A stretch of 64,000 nt of DNA from Ginglymostoma cirratum (lineage: Eukaryota): contig JAHRHZ010000098.1 in assembly GCA_024137785.1 (NCBI GenBank), forward strand, positions 24,183,434-24,247,433, in the 5' to 3' direction. The translations under genes were made by a program, and so were the position numbers. Positions 12,271 through 24,529 of the stretch are shown piece after piece. The notes beneath the pieces are model-generated. The model was not told where the DNA came from and made no database searches. It was given only the letters and a program-made list of their open reading frames with translations. Numbering within the stretch: the first letter of the stretch is position 1; each line of letters starts with the position of its first letter.

Positions 12271-13734
12271 TAGTGCTGAGTAATGTACCTACGTGCACTC
12301 CAAAACCACAACCCCCAACAACAGAATGCCCTGAAGTGCATGATATAAGCTGCTTAAACTTAACAGAATCTCTTCTCGGCAAATATTTGGTGAACTGAAG
12401 AATAATGCCAATCAATACATTGATTTATTCCACAGCAAGAAAAATATACAGAGCAGCAATTAAAATATGTCCATTTAATTTATACTTTTTAAACTATCTT
12501 CACACTATAATATAAAATAAAAAAAGTCACTACATGTCCCACACTAGCGGAACAGCTTATTTGAATTAAACTGGATAATTTTGGGCAACGCTATGCTCCA
12601 CAAAATCTTTCAAAAATGCTTTAATCACCTGATTGCTTTGCAATACTCTAATTATCTGTGACTCTGTCATTGCCTTATCTTCCTGTGTTCACAGTTCGAG
12701 GCCCACAGATTTTCCAACACAATGAATGTCAAAGGTTTTCCAATAGTTTAGACAATCTAATGAGTTATACTCAATGGGAAAACATCATCAATGCTAACTC
12801 TATAACATCTTAACCACTTGTCAGTGCTTTTGTTTAAAAACAAAAGGATGTTTTCTGGATCCTTTCCATCAAGTATGTTGTTTCTTTTGTCTAAGAGCAA
12901 GATTATAACAATAAGGTGCAATTTTAATATAAGCACAAATAAAGAGAGGAGCTTAGAAATTAAAATACACAGTGGGCAGTTGTAATTTGGAATTTTTGCC
13001 AAAAATATTTTTTAACACAGCGCTAACAAATGATTTAAAAATTTGTAGTTGCCTGAAGAAGAGGATTATTTATAGTCAAATATAGTAGGCAGCTATAATG
13101 GTCCATCTCCTCATTTGCAGTACTCTGTGATCCTATGATACAAAATATAGAACAGGACTTTTAGGCTTTATTTGGGGCAAGTGCAGCTGAGGCCCCAGGT
13201 AGCGTCCCAGCTGCTAAAGACAGTTTTACATGTAAAAGTTTGAAAGGCTGAAGAGAAGGCACCTCAAAATGGAGGGAGCATCTTTCTCTCTCTTACCCGA
13301 ACTGCAGCCTGCCACTTTTTCAGATTTGGATGGCCACCACTGATAAGGACATTAAAAATGAGCCCACTGTCTGGTTACTAATTGGCCAATTCAGAGAAAC
13401 CCAATGCTGAGTGACTGTACCCCACACAGTGCGGATTTTGGATCCCTGTTTGACCTCCCAGCCTAAGGAACAAAGTAACACCCTGAAGTTCTGGAAAAGG
13501 AGGTGAAGGTGTACTGAAGGGAAAATTATTGGTCATAAATCCACCAAAGGATTGGATGATAAATTTGCAACGCTTACATGTTGAGGCCCTGCCAACAGAC
13601 AATTTCAGTACTCGGATTAATTTTTTTTTAAGACCGGGTTTTACAAACTTTTTAAACTGGATAATTTTGGATCATTGTCTGCTGGACAGCAGGCTTCCAG
13701 AATGGCCTTCAGATATAGATCAGCCATGTTTATT

Positions 13735-13905
13735 TTTTAAGATTCGTTGATGGCATGAGGGCATCAGTGGCTGGACTAGCATTTCTTGCCCATCCCTAAT
13801 TGCCCAAACGGCAATTAAGAGTCAATTACATTGCTGTGGGTCTGGAGTCACATGTAGGCCAGACCAGGTAAGGATGGCAGCTTCCTTCCCTAAAGGATGT
13901 TAGTG
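13735..13905 (-). mobile_element. tRNA-derived SINE 3' half
   Basis: Reverse complement of the 3' half of the SINE at 25965-26329 (GCCCATCCCTAATTGCCC...TGGGTCTGGAGTCACATGTAGGCCAGACCAGGTAAGGATGGCAG). Confidence 0.8.
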
Positions 13906-14984
13906 ACAACTAAATGGCAGAGCTGGTATGAAGTGCTGAATGATGACCTTGTTCCTCTGATCCTAATGGTTCAGATCAGAGTTCACAAACAGAATAATTT
14001 AAGGGTAGAAGAGTAGCTACCATGAATGAAATTTAACACCCTTACCTAGTGTGAGTGTTCATGCGGAGAGGCCATTTAATTAAGTAGGATGGTGATAGGC
14101 AGGGACCAGGCTGACTTCCCATGATTGCCCAGATTAAGAGCGAGAAGATGCATGGGTGTCCTTTCTGCACCAGTGCCAATTGAAACCTTTAGGTGGGCAA
14201 TCAATGGCTCAGTGGATGGGGTCTCACTACTTGAGAAACTGGAGAAGCAAACTATTTTCTTCAATGTCAGGCACTCAGTGCCCTGTTGAGAAATCTGGCA
14301 TCAGGTGGAGGGATGCCGTTGACGGTCTCGTGCTTGCTTTTGTTGCTGACTCTCATTGCCTCTCACAACTCCAACCCCGTATTTTTCCAGTCCAGATTTA
14401 TGCCACGTAATTAGTTGTTAGCTTGCAAGAGTCAACTCCAGTTGGATACTTGATTCTCTGTTCAGGACAGTTCAGATGCCAGTGAAGTGAAGCTGGGAAT
14501 TCTGAATCATTTTCAGTCTACACTTAATGTATTTCTTCCTGTTCATTATCTCAATACGTATAGTTGTAATTTCCTGTTGCATTACTGTAAATGATATTCC
14601 CTGGACTCCATGGCTTACCCTCTTTCATTTGTAATGAGATCTGTGCACAGTCTGCATTATCCTTTCCATGAGTGATTCATTAAGTGACTTTTCAAACTCA
14701 TCGGCTGAGATTTTGTTGTGAAAAGCAGGAAATAACACCATTTACCCTTGCTATCCTGCATACTCACCATCAGATAAAAGCATCGACAAACTGAGAATTA
14801 AACTCTCTTGAGATAAGTGGCACTCATTCATTCATTCCTCTCACAGCGGCAGGGAAGTCAGAAATGAACCTGAAGAAAAGGACTTGAGAATGGTACTGTG
14901 AGGCCCTACAGAAGTCTGCCCATGGTTCTGGAGCCTTTGGATGCAGATCCCTGGGTGTTATGCTCTGAAACAATGAATAACAAG

Positions 14985-16003
14985 TGAGAATAAGAATAAA
15001 TGGGTCTTTTTCCTAGGCAGTGGCTGGTGGGGTACCACAGGAGTTAGTGCTTGGACCCCAGCTAATCACAATAGATATTAATGACTTAAATGACCAAACC
15101 ACATGTCATATTTTCAAGTTTGCAGATGATACAAGCTGAGTGGGAGGGTATGCTGTGAGGAAGATATGGAGAAGCTTCGGTATGATTTGGACAAGTTGAA
15201 TGAGTGGGCAAACACATGGCCAATTCAGAATAATAGGGATAAACGTGATGTTATCCACTTTGGTAGCAAAAGATTGAGAAAGGAGCTGGTGCCACAGACC
15301 TAAGTATCCTCTTATCAGTCACTAAAATTAAGCTTGTGGGTGCAGCAGGTAGTAAAGAAGGCAAATGTTATCTTGGCCTTCATAGTTAGAGGATTCTAGT
15401 AAAGGAGCAGAGTTGTCTTGCTGCAGTTATATGTTGGTAACAGTAAAGCTGGAGTATTGTGTGCAGTTTTGGTCTCCTTATCTCAGAAGGGTGTTCTGGC
15501 TATAGAGGGAAGCTTTACCGGATCGATTCCTGGAATGGTGGGATTGACATACAAGGAGAAAAGTCATCGATTAGGACGTTGTTTATTCATGTTTAGAAAA
15601 ATGAGGGGGAATCTCATAGAAACCTATAAAGTTCTAACAGGATTGGTCAGAGTAGACGCAAGATGGATGTTGTCAATCACCAGACAGCCCATAACCAGGG
15701 TTCATGGTCTAAGGATAAGGGGTAGCCCACTAAGGGCCAAGATGAAGAGAAAGTTCTTCATCCAAAAAGTGGTAAGCCTGTTGAATTCTCTGCCACAAAA
15801 AGTGGTTGAGATCAAAACATTGAAGACTTTTAATAAAAATGTAGATATAAATCTTAGGACTAAAGAGATCAAAGAACATAGGGAGAAAGCAGGAATAAAA
15901 TACTTAGTTGGATGATTAGCCATGATCATATTGAATGGCAGAGCAGGCTCAAAGGTCTGAATGGCCTACTCTTGTTCCTAATTCTATGTTTCGATATTTC
16001 TAT
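14985..16003 (+). mobile_element. CR1 LINE, 5'-truncated, degenerate
   Basis: RT motifs GVPQELVLGP, DINDL, FKFADDT; ORF 15418..15915 with MRGNLIETYKVLTG..RVHGLRIRG; TTTCTATG-like tail. Confidence 0.9.
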
Positions 16004-16343
16004 GCATCTCACACTCAGAAAGGCTCTGAGAACAGGTATCAGGGCCATCTCCAATTTTTGTGCATCCAAGAAGGATTCAGCCCAATGTAAAACTACTTGA
16101 AGTTAACATTGTTTTGGAATATTTGCAACTATCCTCCTCACAAAGAGATGGAAATACTTATCAATACATCCCACAAGGATGCCTTGACAACTGGCTTTAT
16201 AGAGTTTGAGACCCCTTTGCCAAGAAAATTGCAAGTAGTTTTTGAAAGCTTTGATGACACATCTCTCAGAAACTGCAGGATCTGACTGATTCCTTCCTGT
16301 TGTCAAGTGGGCACACTCAGATCCAAAGCCAAATGAAAGTGAT

Positions 16344-16472
16344 AATAGGTACTGCAGATGCTGGAGAATCCGAGATAACAAGGTGTGGAGCTGGATGAAC
16401 ACAACAGGCCAAGTAGCATCATAGGAGCTCTGCTTGGCCTGCTGTGTTCATCCAGCTCCACACCTTGTTATC
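16344..16472. mobile_element. Fold-back Penelope terminal module (family A), ribozyme core deleted
   Basis: ~43-bp arms GATAACAAGGTGTGGAGCTGGATGAACAC.../...GTGTTCATCCAGCTCCACACCTTGTTATC; 15-bp TSD CCAAATGAAAGTGAT at 16329-16343 and 16473-16487. Confidence 0.85.
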
Positions 16473-16832
16473 CCAAATGAAAGTGATGTGGTTAAATGTC
16501 TGCCTTTGTGATGCACTGCTATCTCCTGAAGAGATCTTTCCAGCCACCTCTCTCAAATGTTTGTTCATGCTGGATTGTTGATACATAAGCATGCTCTGAA
16601 ACATCAATACAGTTTTCTTGAAGTCCATTCCAGGTCTCAGATGCTCTGAGACAAGAGTCACTTCAATTCCAAGCAGCAGTGCTTTAAGAACCTAATTGTT
16701 TGTCACCAGGCTTGGATACTTGTAAAGTGAAACAGCTGTTGTAAAGAAGCATGTGCACGTAAAACCACTTTGTGATAGAAAGCAAGTGTTTTGATGTATA
16801 TCTCTTTATTAATTTTTAAGATCTATGACAGC

Positions 16833-16989
16833 TGGGGAGGCAACAACCTAGTGTTATTGTTGCTGGACTGTTAATCCAGAAACCCAAGTAATATTCTGGG
16901 GACACAGTTTCAATTTCTGCCACGGCAGATGGGCAATAAATGTTGGCTTAGTCAGCAATATTCTCATCCTGTGAATGAATAAAAAAAAA
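16833..16989 (+). mobile_element. tRNA-derived SINE, internally deleted
   Basis: Same head (GGGGAGGCAA..CCTAGTG) and tail (GGGCAATAAATGTTGGC...GAATGAATAAAAAA) as 25965-26329. Confidence 0.8.
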
Positions 16990-17019
16990 GTATAACTATT
17001 GAGGCTGTAAGAATTCTGT

Positions 17020-17515
17020 GGTGTGAAACCCAGCTCCTGACTTTCCAAAGTCTGTCTACTATCTACAATGCACAAGTCAGGAGTGATTATGATGGAATGC
17101 TCTCCATTTGCCTAGAGGGGTGCAGTTCCACTAACACTCAAGAAGCTTAGTTGACACCATCAAGGACAAAGCACTCCACTTGGTCAGCAATCCATTCACC
17201 AGGACTCACTCCTTCTCCTACCAGTACACAGGGGCTACAGTGTATACCATCTACAAAATGTACTGCATTAACTTGCCAAAACTTCTTCACCAGCGATTTC
17301 AAAACTCATGACCTATATAATATAGATAAACAAGGACAGCAAACACATGAATATGTTCTTAGCTGCAAATCCAGCTCTAAGTCACTCACCATCCTTAGGT
17401 ATGACTTATATTGCTGTCCTTTACTGCCACAGGGAATAAACCTGGATGTCCTTCCCTGAAGAAATGTGAGTGCGCCTACATCTCAAGGACTGCAGTGGTA
17501 CAAGAAGAAAGCAAA
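17020..17515 (+). mobile_element. CR1/L2-clade LINE 3' fragment
   Basis: TIYNAQVRS..MECSPFA..TLKKL DTIKDKA motifs, same family as 3040 and 60540. Confidence 0.7.
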
Positions 17516-19029
17516 GGATGTATTAGGGTAGATTTCCCTGACCCCAAGTTATTGTGAAAAATCAATTCCAAGTAGCAGGGTTGGGCTACCCTGTATCTGT
17601 GAGCATACAGCAATAACATGGGAGAGGACTAACTGAGGGAGTAAGAAAGGAAGAGATATGAAGAGAGATGTAATGGAATATAAGCAGCACATCTTCTAAT
17701 TGTGTGGCTTCATTGCTGTCTACATTACTGCACTGATGCCAATTCTGGGAAATGTCTCTCTAAAGTAAGGGCATGCAGATTAGAATTTTCATGTTGGGAA
17801 ATAACTGGTGCAGGACTATTGTGTTAAAAGTTATTATTTTAAGCTGTAAATGTAGTTTTTCTGAGATACAACACAGAAGTATGGATAGCATTAATTGAAC
17901 TGTTCTTGATCTTCTTATGAAGTTCCAGTATTGAACAGGGATCTGTAGCCTTAATATTAGAGGTACATCTTTGATTCATGAGGTTAGGCTTTCACTGACA
18001 CACCAGCTGATGGCATTTACTATGAGTCATGACTCCTGGCTGCCCAGAGAGTGGCACCTTGAAGAAATCCAATTCTACCTCTTAGTGCCACTCACTCCCT
18101 TGCTGCTTTTGACATCTTTCTGTGTTGACAACAAAATCATTCTATTTTTGGCATGCCAATGGATTACATCATTTCTGTCACAGTCGCAAGATTGGCAAAT
18201 TTTTAATTCCAATCTACTGGAATTCATAGCAGAGTCACGACACCATGGGTGTAATGTAGGAGGAACCTTGGCAGTATGACCCTGTGTGCAGTCAGAATGT
18301 AGATGATTTTACACAGAGATGAGCTTATAAATTATTACACATACTGCTGAAGCTCTGGAAATGCATGGCAAGATTCTGGGCCCTCTCCAGGTATAATTAC
18401 ACGGTTGTTGTTTGAAGAGTACATGAAGATGGAGGGTGCAAAGCAATTTCAATGTTTGTGTAATAATGTATAGCATGTAAGAGTACAGGATGTCTGAATC
18501 TTAATTACTTCATTTATGAATTGAAGACATCTCCAGCTAATTTGCAGGGATTTGTCCTTTCATGAGTGTCAACAGGTTTTGAAGGTATTGGGTCATAAAT
18601 ATGAATCAGGTAGCTACAATGTTAAGTTGCCATTTGAAAATCAAATGAAATTTATCTTCCAAAGCTGGAAATGCAAATGTCTGTGTCTACGTCTAGTATT
18701 ATTATAGCAAATTGTAACTGACCTGTAGGCGGAATACTTTATGAAATGATTCAGTTCCCCTTCAGGATCAGTGAGGTACACCCAGGACAGACTACACTAA
18801 GGACTGGTAAATGAGCCCTTGCATTCGGTGTATTGGAAATCCCAGATATTGCCAAATGGAATTTATGTCAATTCAGCACATCTCAAAATTGTTGTTATGA
18901 TCAAATGGACTAAGTCATATGCAGCATATAAGCTAAGTGAAGTAGAACTAACAAAGAGAAAATCTGAGTGAGGAAATGCTTCTATGTGTTGTATTTAATC
19001 CACAAGCAAAGTTAATGCTATAACAACTA

Positions 19030-19122
19030 CGAATAGAAAGTGCCGGGGAAACTCAGCAGTTCAGGCAGCATTTCTGGAGAGAGATACAAGACTTAATGCA
19101 ACATGATGCATCTTCAGAACTC
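19030..19122 (-). mobile_element. Degenerate Penelope terminal module
   Basis: GGAAACTCAGCAGTTCAGGCAGCATTTCTGGAGAGAG...TCTTCAGAACT is related to the reverse complement of the family B module. Confidence 0.55.
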
Positions 19123-19267
19123 AGAAAAGTTAATGTGTATGTCTGATTTTGGCTCTCAAAAAGACTAGGAATTCAAATACTTTGGAATTCATTCAGATGG
19201 TCAATGGAAGAATATATTACAAACCAACTAGGAATTTACTGTTCTATGCACAGTGTTCAATATGTGC

Positions 19268-19471
19268 AGGTTAACTCCACAAATTAAAATTCTCAGCAAT
19301 GAACCTTATCTACTGGGAGTGTATAGTGGCAAATTGTGGCATACATATCGCAATTTAATGTGCATTAAAGTTAATGGATAGAAAATTGTGAGATGTGTGA
19401 TTGCATTTCTGCAATGTACACTCCCAGTAGGTGAGGTGCCATGTTACCAGAATTATCTATGAATCAGCCCT
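19268..19471. mobile_element. Palindromic MITE-like element
   Basis: Inverted arms CTACTGGGAGTGTA (19310-19323) / TACACTCCCAGTAG (19417-19430), further imperfect symmetry, ends ...AATCAGCCC. Confidence 0.55.
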
Positions 19472-19643
19472 AATATTTAATTTTGAGGATCAAACAGTTC
19501 ATTTCAGGTTATCCCAAATTAGCCTAACTCAAGTAACATAAAGATATTCTGCAGTGGACAGAGTTAGTTGGAAATAATTGGTTTATCAGAACTGTATAGT
19601 AAATGCTTGCCATCTTACACCCCTTGTGGTGTCAAAATTATAA

Positions 19644-20451
19644 TGTAATGAAATTCAGGGCTGTGCTTGGCCATGACATGGATAAACCTGGGTGAAAAAT
19701 GAAAAGTGTTGGCCTTAACATCCATCGAACCTGAGAGGTCCCTCAAAGGATTGAAGAAGTGTTAGTTAGCTGGCAGACTGTTGCCATTAGTGCCTATTAC
19801 AGCAAAATGAAATGGAACATTAGAATGTATTGCTGAGCTAATCCAATACAAAATAAAATGTGTTATTTTGGAAGACTTTGATTTAGCACAATCAGGAACA
19901 ATAAAGCGGGTAATTATTTTTGTGGCTGAAATCTCATGGAATGGATCACTTGCCCTCTCAGAACCCTGTTGAGTTCTGTTCCATTGGAGGGGAAAAACAG
20001 GAATAGAGTTAAGGTTAGGACATAGGTTAGGCTTAGAGCTCAGTGGGAGAGATTGCTTCAGATTGAACTCCATTGAAGGAAAAAGCCCAGTTTGTTGTAT
20101 TTGATAAACAGCAATGCTGCAATGCATAAGGAGTTAAAAAGTCTTAGAGGTTAGAATAAGCAGCCTCAAGGGCAGTTTATGTGCTAGAGCTACTCAAAGC
20201 TGGTATTATATGTTCAGAAAGCTGATTTGTCTCAAAATGCAGGATAAAGCATGGGGAAAATTGCTGGGGAAAGAAGGTCCTGAGGCAGCATCTGTTGTTA
20301 AAACAGAGTCAAAGGGTCACAGTTGAAAAGGAAAGACTGAAGGCAGGACAAATTCATGCTAATGATAATGGTCTCAGGAATAAATTAATTTTGTGGATTA
20401 GATTACAAATAACTTGTAATGTGATTTACAGTTTATAAAATGGGCATTACA
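19644..20451 (+). mobile_element. Candidate solo LTR
   Basis: Termini TGTAATG...CATTACA (7-bp inverted), AATAAA at ~20379; flanks ATAA/GTGA are only a poor TSD match. Confidence 0.35.
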
Positions 20452-20524
20452 GTGAATCAACTGATTTTTCTATGTACAGCTTATGCACATTTGGACACTA
20501 ACTGGCAGGCAACATTGTAATATT

Positions 20525-21545
20525 CTATGTTGGCCTTTCCTTGTTTGGTACACTGTGCATTTCCACCTGTGTTTGCAGGTCTGACATTTTCTCCAGCACT
20601 GGTTTTATTTCAAACTGACGTTTCTGTAGCTGTTCATGTTGAGCCTGACATGTTTTACATGCAGGTTGCTTCAGATCTTCCCAATAATACTTTTTATTGT
20701 TTAAATGAGACAGACCATGCATCAAATCATGTTTTTCTTTCTCTTTCTTTTTCAGCTCTTTATTCATCTTTATGACCTGAGCAGAAGTAATCCCGAAAGA
20801 CTTCATCATCCCAGAGATGTTATTCACAAATTTTGATTTGTTCCAAGTAATTTTTTCAGCCTCTGCCTCTTGAATTTTCATTTTTCTCTCACAGTAGAGT
20901 GTTGAGATTTTAACTCTATTAATTCAGAAGAAATTGAAGCATTCCATTCTTCTTTCATATTCAATTCTGCAAGTTTATCCCTAATAGGCTGCTACAGATT
21001 CTATTGTATCTCTGATGCCTGACTGATTCCATGGATTCTCACTACTACAAAGTCATGGCATGCTGGTATACCTGCAGCTCCTGATTCGGCAGTGTCAATG
21101 TTGCAAAGCATCTGTGAGTTCCTAGCAGATTGATTGTACCTGCATTCCAGCACTAAGATTGTCCTATGCATGGAATTGGTGAATTGTGGTACACTGAAAG
21201 TTACACATTCAAAGATTTTGTCATGTCTGTACCTTTCAATGTCCATTTTTTTATTAGAATTTGCAGGGATAGAGTATTATCACTTGCCCCTTTATCTATC
21301 TTGGCACTTAACAAATATCAATCTGTTTTCTGAGAGCAATCATTTGAATTTTTCCAAACACTTTGGCTGATGTGATGACATAATGTTTTCCATGGGATTA
21401 ACAGTGTGAAACATGTGTTCACCACTCTCTGTCTCGCTGTTTACAACATCAGTTTCTGATCCATCAATCTCTTCATATATACACATTGGCGGGATATCAT
21501 TTGTCAGTATTACACCTTTCAAGACAACTCTGGAGCACAGTCAGT
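20525..21545 (-). pseudogene. Decayed coding sequence for an acidic then coiled-coil protein (possible pseudo-exon)
   Basis: ORFs 21340..21522 and 21001..21246 share a frame, which continues QPIRDKLAELNMKEEWNASISSELIELKSQHSTVREK; one frameshift in an A-run leads into 20525..20881 (K/E/Q-rich heptads). About 340 codons with a few stops; no TE motif recognised. Confidence 0.5.
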
Positions 21546-21867
21546 TTTGGTCTGATCACACAGCACTCTGTCTATCAATAATCTTTTCCGCCACATGCCT
21601 TACAAAATTGATTGAAATCTATGCATTTCATTGGAGCATGCAAATCTGCCATCCTTATCAGTTCTGGCCTACATATGCCTCCAACCTGATAGTAGTGTAG
21701 TTGATGATTAACTATTCTCTGAAGTCATTCTGTTCAAGGGAAATTTGGGAAGAGTCAGAAATACTGGCACTGGCAATAGTGCAGACATCTCAAAGAAGGA
21801 TAAAGCAAAAGAGGTCTTAGACTCTTTCACAGCCCAGTCCCTTCAAATACTCACTGCCTGTCACCAT

Positions 21868-22015
21868 GACCTTCTCACTGCCCTGACTCCCTGACCGTGT
21901 AACTTCCCTGTCTCCCTGACCCTCTCACTGCCCTGTCTTCCTGACCCTGTCATTTCCCTGTCTCCCTGACCTTCTCACTGCCCTGTCCCTAACCCTTTCA
22001 CTGCCCTGTCACCTG
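21868..22015 (+). repeat. Minisatellite, ~24-25 bp unit CCCTGTCTCCCTGACCCTCTCACTG, about 6 copies
   Basis: Directly visible tandem repeats. Confidence 0.85.
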
Positions 22016-23089
22016 ATGTACACTCTACCTCATTTGCCACTTTGTTCATCAACTCGCTCATTGCTTCATCCCCTGCCCTACTCACCATCTCATCCCTCTG
22101 ACCTGCCCAACAGATATCCTGTCCTTCATAGTCATAACCCTCACCCCTGCCTCCAAAGATTCACTCACCCCCCACTCTCCAGTGACCAGATCTCAGGCTT
22201 ATTGAAGGTATGGACATCTCATAGCTCGCTGTTCCTCCAATGAGAGACCATTACTAATCTTCATTTACAGCTGATAAGCTCATTTCTAAGCCTATCTGTG
22301 AGCCTGATAGAATGTCTTAGGGCACTGAGACTCGCGGGCAATTTATTGAACTAATCTGTCTTTGCCTCCTTAAGAGCTGTATTTGATAACATATACGCAC
22401 CAATATAAATAGAGATGCTTTACAGTCCACAAGGAGTTGAAGAATCTTACTTAGTGGTAGTGTGCAGGCTCAGGGACAGTGTATGTGCAGACACCCACAA
22501 CCTATGATACTCCAGACTAGTACTTCAAAGTGCGCGCAGCAGTATTAGCTTAAAACACAAGATAAAGTGTTGTGGTTTTCCAGATTCCATTCTCCAGTTT
22601 TCATATCCCTTGAGTTACACAATTCCTGCACTGTTTTGTAACATGATTTATAGGCTGTTATATTTTGAGAACTTCTGTTTGTTATAATTTGTCATAATGA
22701 CCTGCTCCCTGCCTTGAACTGAGTCCTTTTGACTTCTTACTTTAGTTGTATCAACTTTTGTTTCTCAAATGTTCTGCCAAGTCTTCCTGATCATCCTTTT
22801 CGATCTTTCTTGTCTCATTTGCTTTTCCAGTCTACCTTAATCTTACATTTTTCTTCTATCTGTCTCCATGGAGATACAAAGATAAGCTGCTTCCTGAGTG
22901 GCAAAGAAAATCTCAGGGAGTCTGATCTGTAAATCTTTTCTTTAACAAGGATGGAACACTTTCCTTTTAACCTATTCATAAAAATACAAAGTGTATTGGT
23001 ATGTCAAAGGGGCCAGTTTAACGACCTCAGCTCCCAGGAACAGTAAAGCCATAGCCACAGTATTTATATAGCTAGTCCAATTCAATTTC

Positions 23090-23510
23090 TGGTCCTAAGG
23101 CAATTACCAGACTCTGAATACCTTGAATTTAAAAGTAGCGTTCAGGCATTTAAATGCTTTATTGGCCTCACTCCTCCTGACCTCTGAATCCTCTCTATCT
23201 CGACAAACTTCCTATCCCCAAATATTTTGATTCTCTTATGCAGAACCTCTTTTCTTCTCTTCATCATTGAGTATCATGTCTTCACACTCTTCAGTCAGAA
23301 GGTCTGGAGTTCATCATCCTTCTGCACCTCCAATTTTCCACCTTCCTTAAGACCCATCATAAACCTCACCTCCTTAACCAAGCACACACCCCTTCTCAAA
23401 TCCCCACCCTTTTCACTTTATCTTCTTTGATTTGGAATCCTTTGGACAATACTGTTTTGCCACAACCTAGGCAGTTTTACAATGGTAAAGGCACTATGTT
23501 TGTACAAGTT
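23090..23510 (+). mobile_element. Old L2-like LINE 3' fragment
   Basis: C/T-rich body ending CTAGGCAGTTTTACAATGGTAAAGGCACTAT, resembling the L2-type tail. Confidence 0.4.
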
Positions 23511-24529
23511 AACCCACTGTCTTGGAATTTTATTGCTAATTCCCAATTAATTGAGTTGCTTGACAGTTTGAACGTGACACGATCGTGCTTGCACTGTGTT
23601 TGGCTGGCAGGGGTGACCTTTTCAAAGACATGAGTGGTGGCTGTTTGGTTTCAAAGGTAGACTTGTGTACTGCATTGGGGTCAGTGCATTCATATTTGTT
23701 TATGCTGAGGTGTGACGTTTTGCACTGCAAAACCTCTGTCTATAAATTAATTAACTTCAAGAATCCTGCTTCCAGCTGCGATGAAATGGTTGGTATTTAA
23801 TTTGCAACAATCAGAAAAACCTGCTGGAAATTCCTTTGAGCTCCACAGTGCTTTTAAATGTGCAACGGAAAGATCATTTCTTGTGGGCACAGTCAGGCAT
23901 GTGTAATTATAACCCCTATGTTATGTACACACCTGTCCAATCTCACCTGCATTTACTAACTGAGACCATCCATCCTTGTTATAATGTTGGCAATTCCATT
24001 GTTTACGAAAGGACTATTACACGATTGTAGATCCTTTTGAAACCAACACATGGATAATATTTGCTACAGGGACAACACTTCACACAGGCAAGCATTAAAC
24101 TTTTATGCCATCAAATCCAAATATTAGTCAAAAACAAAGAGACCTTGTTTGCAAACAGGCGAGAGCAGATTACTTTTGGAAAGAGACCATTGGCTTCATA
24201 AGCATGAAGTGCTTCCCAAATGCAATGTTTCTGTGAATACAATATATTATAAATGACATGCAAGTAGTGGACAAATTCTTGAACCTGGTCAATTCGCTTT
24301 GACAAAGTGATTGCTATCCTCTGGGAAGGAGTTCCTGGTGTATCAAACATTGCTACCCTTCTTGTAACATCACTCGTTTAGCTGGTCATAAAGAAGGCCT
24401 CAAATGTTGTGTCCTCCATCAGTTTCTATTTTGTCCCTCTAAATTGTTTCTCGTTTCACTTTGCCTGACATTTCTTCTCCCCAGCCTTCTAAAAGCACAT
24501 GAGTTCACAAGCCCGAACTTACAACCATC

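Noticed and set aside
21868-22015. CRISPR-like array
   Set aside because: Contiguous tandem units with no unique spacers; eukaryotic context, no cas genes
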